Source of the DNA: Endomicrobiia bacterium
Lineage (GTDB): Bacteria > Elusimicrobiota > Endomicrobiia > DTEH01
Assembly (NCBI GenBank): GCA_039630545.1
Contig: JBCNUU010000006.1
Coordinates: 39,949 to 103,948 of the forward strand
Direction of reading: 5' to 3'
Length of the DNA: 64,000 bases
The notes beneath the pieces are model-generated. The model had not been told where the DNA came from. It saw only the letters and a program-made list of their open reading frames with translations, and did no database searches. The position numbers and the translations under genes are program-made. Positions 57,267 through 64,000 of the stretch are shown here, one piece after another; position 1 is the stretch's first letter; each line of letters starts with the position of its first letter.

Positions 57267-58466
57267 TCAGTATAATGGAGAGATTTTTCTTATTTTTTCT
57301 ACGATTTTAGGAAAGACATCCAACACATAATCAATATCTTCTTCTTTGGTAAATCTACCAAGTGTAAATCTGATAGACCCTCTTGCCAACACAGGATCCA
57401 AACCTAATGCAGCTAACACATGCGAAGGTTCTAAACTGCCAGAACTACATGCACTTCCTGAAGAAACACAGATATTTTCTCCATCAAGAGCTATAAGTAA
57501 AGATTCACTTTCTACGCCTACAACTGAAATATTTAGATTATTTACTAACCTGTTTTCTAAACTTCCATTGATAATTACATCTGGTACTTTTTTGAGAATA
57601 CCATCTAATAGTTTATCTCTTAATAATTTTATTTTCTTATTTTCTTCTTCCAGCTGTTCATATGCTATCTGCGTGGCTTTATAAATCCCCATAATACCAC
57701 TTAAATTTAGAGTAGATGATCTCTTGTTAAATTCGTGCCCTCCACCATGCAAAAGAGGTTCTATTTCTGTGGTTTTTCTTATGTATAAAAATCCAATTCC
57801 TTTCGGTGCATAAAACTTATGACCACTTGCTGAAAGTAAATCCACATTTATTTCTTTAAGATCTATTTTTAAATGACCGAATGTTTGTACAGCATCTGTA
57901 TGAAAATATATTTTTGGTTTGTTTTGTTTTTTTCTTTCTTCGTTTACTATTTTTAATCTATCTGCGATTTCCTTTATTGGCTGAATTGTACCTATCTCAT
58001 TATTTGCATGCATAACAGAGATTAAAATTGTATCATCAGAAATACTCTCAAAAATTTTTTCTATTTCCACTATTCCATTTTTATTTACAGGAACATAAGT
58101 TACCCTTGCACCTTCTTCTTTAAAATTTTCTACTATAAATTTTACAGGTTCTAAAACTGCGTGATGTTCTATAGTAGTAGTAATAATATGTTTTCCTCCC
58201 CGTTTTCTATTCGCAAAATAAATGCCTTTTATCGCTGTATTATTTGACTCTGTCCCACCAGAGGTAAAAATTATTTCTTCTGGATGACAGTTCAAAACTT
58301 CGGATATAAACTTTCTTGACTGCTCTATAGCTTTAAAACTTTCTTGACCAATAGAATGGATACTTTGTGAATTGCCAAAAATTTCAAAAAAATAGGGTTG
58401 AATAAAATCTTTTACTCTAGGATCTACAGGAGTTGTAGCTGCATAATCAAGATAGATTTTTTTCAT
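57267..58466 (-). CDS. iscS: Cysteine desulfurase (canonical)
   Basis: YLDYAATTP, HTDAVQ, SGHKFY (PLP Lys), SSGSACSS. Confidence 0.95.
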   Translation of the reverse strand: MKKIYLDYAATTPVDPRVKDFIQPYFFEIFGNSQSIHSIGQESFKAIEQSRKFISEVLNCHPEEIIFTSGGTESNNTAIKGIYFANRKRGGKHIITTTIEHHAVLEPVKFIVENFKEEGARVTYVPVNKNGIVEIEKIFESISDDTILISVMHANNEIGTIQPIKEIADRLKIVNEERKKQNKPKIYFHTDAVQTFGHLKIDLKEINVDLLSASGHKFYAPKGIGFLYIRKTTEIEPLLHGGGHEFNKRSSTLNLSGIMGIYKATQIAYEQLEEENKKIKLLRDKLLDGILKKVPDVIINGSLENRLVNNLNISVVGVESESLLIALDGENICVSSGSACSSGSLEPSHVLAALGLDPVLARGSIRFTLGRFTKEEDIDYVLDVFPKIVEKIRKISPLY

Positions 58467-58473
58467 TTTAAAA

Positions 58474-59016
58474 TCACCTTATTTTTTTACCACAATTACT
58501 ACATGTTTCTTTAAACTCAACTAATTTCCCACAATATGGACATTTGGTAATCTGTTTTTCACACTTTTCGCATTCCATAATTTCAGCGCATGGCAAATCT
58601 TTGTCACAAAATGGACATTTACATAACAGTGGATGTATTTTCTTTTTTGTGAGATAATCTTCTATTGCTTTATGTAAAGCATCAACTCCTAAATTGGAAC
58701 AATGCATCTTCTGAGGAGGCAAACCACCTAGATTTTCTGCTACCATTTCCCGTGTAAATTTTAAAACCTCATCAATCGTTTTCCCCTTTGCCATTTCTGA
58801 AACCATAGAAGAAACAGCTATAGCTGCACCGCAACCAAATGTTTTATATTTTACATCTTCTATTGTCTTTCCATCAGAGCTGATTTTTATATAAAAAGTC
58901 ATAAGATCCCCACAAACCGGATTGCCAACTGTTCCTATACCATCGGCATCCGGAATCTCACCTACATTTTTAGGATTCATAAAATGCTCCATAACTTTTT
59001 CTGAATATTGACTCAT
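58474..59016 (-). CDS. iscU: Fe-S scaffold IscU/NifU-N with C-terminal double zinc-ribbon extension
   Basis: NPVCGD, TFGCG, LPPQKMHC; C-terminal CPFC/CEKC/CPYC/CSNC. Confidence 0.93.
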   Translation of the reverse strand: MSQYSEKVMEHFMNPKNVGEIPDADGIGTVGNPVCGDLMTFYIKISSDGKTIEDVKYKTFGCGAAIAVSSMVSEMAKGKTIDEVLKFTREMVAENLGGLPPQKMHCSNLGVDALHKAIEDYLTKKKIHPLLCKCPFCDKDLPCAEIMECEKCEKQITKCPYCGKLVEFKETCSNCGKKIR

Positions 59017-59052
59017 ATAGTTCTCCTTATTTTGAATATCAAAAATTATATT

Positions 59053-59081
59053 ATATTATATTAAAAGATTTTAAAAATCAA
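59053..59081 (-). promoter_or_regulatory. Putative internal sigma70 promoter upstream of iscU
   Basis: TTGATT-17 nt-TAATAT; AAGGAG SD before the iscU ATG. Confidence 0.45.
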
Positions 59082-59103
59082 GAAAAGAAAATTCCAAAAG
59101 AAA

Positions 59104-60378
59104 TTAAATCATCTCCTTATTTATATGGCTGTGATCATCTTCATAATCAGTTCCAGGACCCGCTTGCATTCGCTTCCCCGTCTTTAAAAAATAAGAATAT
59201 AATGGTGAAAGGCTTCTTAAACGTTCAATTATTGGGGGTAACTCTTTCAATAAATACTCAACCTCTTCATCTGTAGTGTATTTAGAAAGTGTAAATGTTA
59301 CAGAACCCTGTGCCACAGCAGCGTCTACCCCAATTGCCTCAAGCACATGAGAAAGTTTTAATGCTTTAGATGTGCAAGCAGAACCACTTGTTACATAAAT
59401 ACCTTTCTGATTAAGAAGCAACAAAATACTTTCACCTTCAATAAATTCAAAAGAAAAATTTATATTATTAGGTAGTCTATTCACAGGATGACCATTTAAA
59501 TACACATATTGAATTTTTTGGGGAACATCATGTATAATTTTATCTCTTAACTTTATCATTTTTTGAAAGTTTTCTTCAAGATGATTTTTAGCAATTTCTG
59601 CTGCTTTCCCTAAACCTACAATACAAGCAACATTTTCAGTCCCAGCGCGGCGTCCATCTTCTTGAATTCCTCCATCAATTTGTGGAACAATTTTCGTACC
59701 TTTTTTTAAGAATAAAGCTGCTGCTCCTTTAGGACCATAAAACTGGGAACCAGCTAATGACAACATATCAACTCCTAACTGTTGAACATCAACATCTATA
59801 ATACCACAAGCAGCAACTGCATCTGTATGTAACAAAGTTTTTATTTGCTTATTTTTTCTTTGATTGTTAAACTCTCTTATAATTTCTGCAATATATTTTA
59901 TCGGCTGAATTGTGCCAATTTCCGGATTAGCAAGTTGAACAGAAACTAAAATTGTGTCCTCTCTTAAAAGATTTTTAAGCTCATCTAATTTTACAACACC
60001 ATAGCTATCCACCGGTAACAAAGAATACTCAATACCAAAGAGCTGTTTCATTCTTTTTGCAGAATATAAAACTGATAAATGTTCTATAGATGATACAATA
60101 ATGTGTTTAGAATTAGTATTATTATTTAACATAATACTACCTTTTATAGCAAGATTGTTCGCCTCAGAACCACACGAAGTAAAAATAATTTCTTGAGGCG
60201 AACAATTTATTAATTTTGAAACCCTTTCTCTTGCTATATCTATCGCTTCTTTTGCTTTCTGACCTAGCTCATGTAAACTCTGAGCATTTCCATAATTATC
60301 TTTAAGATAAGGCAACATCTCCTCTAAAACTAAATCGTCAATCTTTGTAGCTGAATGATTATCTAAATAAACCTTCAT
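59104..60378 (-). CDS. IscS/NifS paralog lacking the PLP lysine (AGSQFYGPKG)
   Basis: Full-length IscS-like sequence, HTDAVA, SGSACTS Cys retained; HK replaced by SQ. Confidence 0.9.
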   Translation of the reverse strand: MKVYLDNHSATKIDDLVLEEMLPYLKDNYGNAQSLHELGQKAKEAIDIARERVSKLINCSPQEIIFTSCGSEANNLAIKGSIMLNNNTNSKHIIVSSIEHLSVLYSAKRMKQLFGIEYSLLPVDSYGVVKLDELKNLLREDTILVSVQLANPEIGTIQPIKYIAEIIREFNNQRKNKQIKTLLHTDAVAACGIIDVDVQQLGVDMLSLAGSQFYGPKGAAALFLKKGTKIVPQIDGGIQEDGRRAGTENVACIVGLGKAAEIAKNHLEENFQKMIKLRDKIIHDVPQKIQYVYLNGHPVNRLPNNINFSFEFIEGESILLLLNQKGIYVTSGSACTSKALKLSHVLEAIGVDAAVAQGSVTFTLSKYTTDEEVEYLLKELPPIIERLRSLSPLYSYFLKTGKRMQAGPGTDYEDDHSHINKEMI

Positions 60379-60618
60379 TTTTTCTTCCTCACATAACCTA
60401 TGTAAAAATTTTTCTCTTTTTTAATCCTAAAAATTCTTCTCCTGCTGTGTTACACCAAGCAGGAAAATCTTTTTCAAAACCAGAATCATCAGAAATAACT
60501 TCTAAAATTTCTCCTTTATTCATTTTTCTAATTCCAATTTTGTTTTCACAACAGGCATAGGACAAAAAAGTCCTATACAATCTAATGTTTTTGTTGGTTT
60601 TATATCAAAACTATTCAT
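60375..60618 (-). pseudogene. tusA: Sulfurtransferase TusA with two single-base frameshifts in A-runs (pseudogene or assembly error)
   Basis: LDCIGLFCPMPVVKTK...LEK / MNKGEILEVISDD...DFPAWC...GEEF / YIGYVRK; corrected stop overlaps the next ATG (ATGA). Confidence 0.85.
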
Positions 60619-61541
60619 AAGTTACCAAAAAATGTATTAAATAAATAACCACTTAATAATGAAAATGAAATTATCAATGTAAGATATAAAATGAGTATTT
60701 TTGTACCAAATTCTTTTTTTACAACAAGAATTGTAGCATAACTAGTAAGTGGACCTAAAATCAACAAAACCAAAGAAGGCCCCAACGCAAGCCCTTGTTT
60801 ATTCAAAGCATAAACTAACGGAACAGAAGCTGTTGAACAAATATACATCAAAACTCCAAATACTACTGAAAAAATATATCCATAAACCCCGTATAAAAAA
60901 TTTTCTACAAAAAATTTTACAACATTTAAACTACTTATAAAACTTGCTAACACTAAACCAATAAAAATTTCTAAACCAATCTCTTTAGGTAAATATATAA
61001 AAGAATATCTTAAAACTAATAAAATTTTTTGCCATAACGTTTTTTTAGGAATAAACTGTGATATAAACTCCATCATATCTGGTGTTAATTCTTCTTCTTT
61101 AACATAATTATTAGAAGTATCTATTAAATTTCCTATTATACCAATTAAAAAACTTAAAGCTATAACACTTAAACATAAAAACAATGTAAATTTTACACCA
61201 AAAAATTTTACAGATATTAAAATTGAAGATATAGAAGTTGCCGGTGTTGCAACAATAAATCCCAAAATATTACCTAACTTAACACCTTTTTGCCTAAATC
61301 CAACAGCCATAGGTAAACTACCTATACAACATATAGGTAATATCATTCCTATTACTATTATAGAAAATAAGGTAAAAAAATTTTTCTTCACTAGGTATTT
61401 TCTAACTAAATTTGCTGGTATTAATTCATAAAAAATACCACTTAACAAAAATCCAACTACTAAAACTGGAAAAATCTCTATGATATAATGTTTTAAATTA
61501 AATAAAAAACTTTTAAAAAATTCAACAAAATTTATATTCAT
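60615..61541 (-). CDS. Permease, ArsP/DUF318 family
   Basis: LPICCIGSLP, ATPATS, MYICSTASVP, LGP; multiple TM helices. Confidence 0.85.
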   Translation of the reverse strand: MNINFVEFFKSFLFNLKHYIIEIFPVLVVGFLLSGIFYELIPANLVRKYLVKKNFFTLFSIIVIGMILPICCIGSLPMAVGFRQKGVKLGNILGFIVATPATSISSILISVKFFGVKFTLFLCLSVIALSFLIGIIGNLIDTSNNYVKEEELTPDMMEFISQFIPKKTLWQKILLVLRYSFIYLPKEIGLEIFIGLVLASFISSLNVVKFFVENFLYGVYGYIFSVVFGVLMYICSTASVPLVYALNKQGLALGPSLVLLILGPLTSYATILVVKKEFGTKILILYLTLIISFSLLSGYLFNTFFGNL

Positions 61542-61996
61542 TATATAAAATATTCTAACCTTTTTTGACTACTTAAATATTTATTAACTATATCTTCAAA
61601 ACTTATATTGTTGACTATCTCTTGCAGTTGTTTATCTATTTGTTGCCAAATTGGAACAAAAACACAATTTTTTTCTTTACATTTTTTTGAAAAATTCTCT
61701 TCAAAGCATACAATTTGGAGAAGATTACCCTCTAAAAGTTTTATAACATCACCCAGAATAATCTGTTTAGGATGTTTTGCTAAACATATTCCACCTTTTA
61801 CACCCTGTATAGTACGTATATAACCAAATTTTTTTAGTTGTAAAACAATTTGTTGTAAGAATTTGTAAGGAATGTTATGCTTTTTAGAGATATCTTTCAT
61901 CCTTAATATATTCCCATATTTCAAAAATTTATCATAATTTAAAGCAAGTTCTAAAAGTAATCTAAAAGCATAATCTGTTTTAGTTGATATTTTCAT
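61541..61996 (-). CDS. Rrf2 family transcriptional regulator (IscR/CymR-like) with three Cys
   Basis: STKTDYA, FLQQI, G.KGG..LA, C....C....C. Confidence 0.92.
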   Translation of the reverse strand: MKISTKTDYAFRLLLELALNYDKFLKYGNILRMKDISKKHNIPYKFLQQIVLQLKKFGYIRTIQGVKGGICLAKHPKQIILGDVIKLLEGNLLQIVCFEENFSKKCKEKNCVFVPIWQQIDKQLQEIVNNISFEDIVNKYLSSQKRLEYFI

Positions 61997-62029
61997 ATTA
62001 AAATATATAATAAAAATTTTTTAATTTTA

Positions 62030-62780
62030 TCAATTTTTTATTTTATAGAACAAATTTTTATGATGTTCACAGAACAACTTTGAAAATTTCAATTTTTTGT
62101 TTATATTATTTACTTGTTCGTAAACTTCTGAAAACCAATGATTGTTAAAATGTAAACAAAAACTATAATTGCAAAACCCTTCATCAAAAAATATGTAGAA
62201 AATACACTGAATAACATATTTTAACAAAAACTTAAATAAATTTTTATTGACAAGATTGTAAATATCTTCTTTAATTCTTTCTCCAACTTCCGGCATTATA
62301 TTTTTTATATTATAGTAATCTTTATATAAAGCTAATGCTTTTGTTAACCCTTTAATAGATATTATACATGGGTATCCTAATACAACAACTCTACTGTGAT
62401 ATCTTTTATCTGTATCATCAAATGTCGCTACAATCCTTTCAGTAAACACAATATGACACTCTTTAAACTTAGGTTTTATACAATTAAAATAAACTTCTTG
62501 TAATCTAAATCCATCATATAAATGATTATTGTTTAGCTTATTATACAAATATTTATTTTCAAAATTTCTTTCTTCATCAAACCAAAAGTCAGGAATTTTA
62601 TTAGAATAAATATCTATTTATTTTACAAAGCAAAATATTATCAACCTCAACAATTTTACCCCACCATAACTCCCTATAATAAAAACTCAAATTTAGTATA
62701 TCAAAAATTTTTTTAACTGTCGCAGCCAAATCTTTTGTTTCCCAGAAAGTGTCTGTTAAATAACAAAAAACTTTATACAT
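62030..62780 (-). pseudogene. Putative metallopeptidase-like protein (DUF6775-like), frameshifted near 62620
   Basis: MYKVFCY...CKI / IDIYS...LYDGFRLQ...HIVFT...RYH...C.L....FCEHH; removing one A joins the frames. Confidence 0.5.
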
Positions 62781-62784
62781 ATAT

Positions 62785-63564
62785 CTAAAAAAATACTTGT
62801 TTATCAAAACCTCAGCTGCTTTCTTTCCAGATAAAAGCATAGCACCAAAAGTAGGACCCATCCTAGGCAAACCAAAAACCGTTGAAACAGCCATACCACA
62901 CACAACTAACCCGGGATAAATCTCAGATGTATATTCAACTATCATATCTTCAGATTCTTCAACCCACATAGCACCAAAACCTTTCGTCTTAATAAGACCT
63001 CTTTCTTCTAATTTTTTTACTACATAAGCATCATGCCCTGATGCATCAACTACAACTTTAGATTCAAGCCCTACAGGATCAACACAGGTTATTTCTCTTG
63101 GCAAAGAATGAACTGGTGTTCAGTTTACAACAACGCCAGCTATTCTATTTTCTCTAATTATTATATCATCAAAAACTGTCATATTAGCAAATTTCACACC
63201 AGCATCACAAGCTGTAGCTATAAGTTTAGAACAAGCATGAGGGCCATCTGCTACAATACAAACCTTTTGCTGCTTTTTCATATGGTATTTTAAGCTCATC
63301 TAAAATTTTTTCTGAAGGTTCCCTTACTGTAATTTTATTCATTAAATAACCACCAATCCAAAAACCACCACCTATATAGTTGTTTCTTTCTATTAAAACT
63401 TTAAGATTTCTTAAAGCAAGCTCTTTACCACACATAAGACCAGATGGACCTCCACCTACAATTATAACATCACTTTCAGCATATAAAGAAAATTGTTTTA
63501 AAAAACTTTCTGTTATTGCTTTTGTAATATCTTTTTCTGTAACCTTTGCAAAAATTTTCCCCAT
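62785..63564 (-). pseudogene. thi4: Thi4-type thiazole synthase, disrupted
   Basis: [41 protein letters not shown]; +1 frameshift near 63255, TGA at the Trp codon 63120-63122, stop codon lost in a T-run. Confidence 0.9.
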
Positions 63565-63592
63565 ACTTATCCTCCTTTTTATCAAAAAAATA

Positions 63593-64000
63593 TCAAAAAC
63601 AAAAACCTAAAGATAACCCAGCCCACATTTGAAAGTCATATCTCAATTTCTTTTCTTCTCTAACTCCAACACCATATTCTATATAAGTATATATCTCTTC
63701 TTTTACTAAAACGAAAGGTGTAAGAGACGCCTTAAATAAAAAACCTCCTTTTAATGGTTGATATCTATAACCAAAAATCAAGCCCGGTATAAAAGTTTCT
63801 TTTGCCTCTCCTCCAAAAATTGATGCTATACTAAAACTACCTAAAGAAAAACCTAACTCAAGATGATGTGAAGATTGTTTATGTGTCAAATAACTCAAAG
63901 ATGTGACAAAACCACCACCAAGAAGTAAAAATGATGCGCCTATCCTCGCAGTTAAAGCTGGAGAAAATCTATAGTCAAAATTTAAAGAGCTTACAATACC
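63593..64000 (-). CDS. Hypothetical outer-membrane beta-barrel-like protein, 5' end outside window
   Basis: HHLELG, GYRYQP..GGFLFK...TP, C-terminal WAGLSLGFCF ending in Phe. Confidence 0.6.
   Translation of the reverse strand, partial: GIVSSLNFDYRFSPALTARIGASFLLLGGGFVTSLSYLTHKQSSHHLELGFSLGSFSIASIFGGEAKETFIPGLIFGYRYQPLKGGFLFKASLTPFVLVKEEIYTYIEYGVGVREEKKLRYDFQMWAGLSLGFCF

Noticed and set aside
60520..60522. TGA in tusA as selenocysteine
   Set aside because: Similarity continues in a different frame and the position is not a Cys site, so a missing A explains it.
62601..62784. C-terminal extension of Thi4 as a novel fusion
   Set aside because: It is read-through into the next gene (MYKVFCY...) caused by a stop lost in a T homopolymer.
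63120..63122. In-frame TGA at a Trp position in thi4 as evidence of UGA recoding
   Set aside because: TGA ends many intact genes in the window and Trp is TGG elsewhere; the same gene also has frameshifts.
1487..63610. Many short ORFs (60-185 aa) antisense to or nested in recognised genes, e.g. 9973-10296, 29726-30052, 50924-51481, 57346-57684
   Set aside because: They are shadows of well-supported genes on the other strand, with no recognisable motifs.

Overview
AT-rich bacterial chromosomal segment, mostly housekeeping genes on the minus strand. The Ser/Thr-rich secreted proteins and gene set suggest a diderm, possibly Elusimicrobiota-like organism (inference only). Contents: a 6-tRNA cluster plus tRNA-Arg(ACG); obgE/rpmA; a cell-envelope cluster (1916-aa FN3-repeat protein with a T9SS type-B-like C-terminal domain, a beta-barrel-LysM fusion, a His-less kinase and a TPR membrane protein); pilB-pilB-pilT; coaD; a tRNA nucleotidyltransferase; oppBCDF; cinA/thpR; Arg/Thr/thiamine/heptose genes; a plus-strand nucleoside-salvage operon containing RecJ with an inserted DnaQ-like exonuclease; comEC; dnaE; and an Rrf2-permease-tusA-iscS*-iscU-iscS sulfur/Fe-S cluster in which one IscS paralog has Gln in place of the PLP lysine. 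There are several pseudogene remnants, and frameshifts cluster in the last 3.6 kb. No CRISPR array, rRNA, transposase or integrase was seen. Family assignments come from motif recognition by eye; no searches were run.
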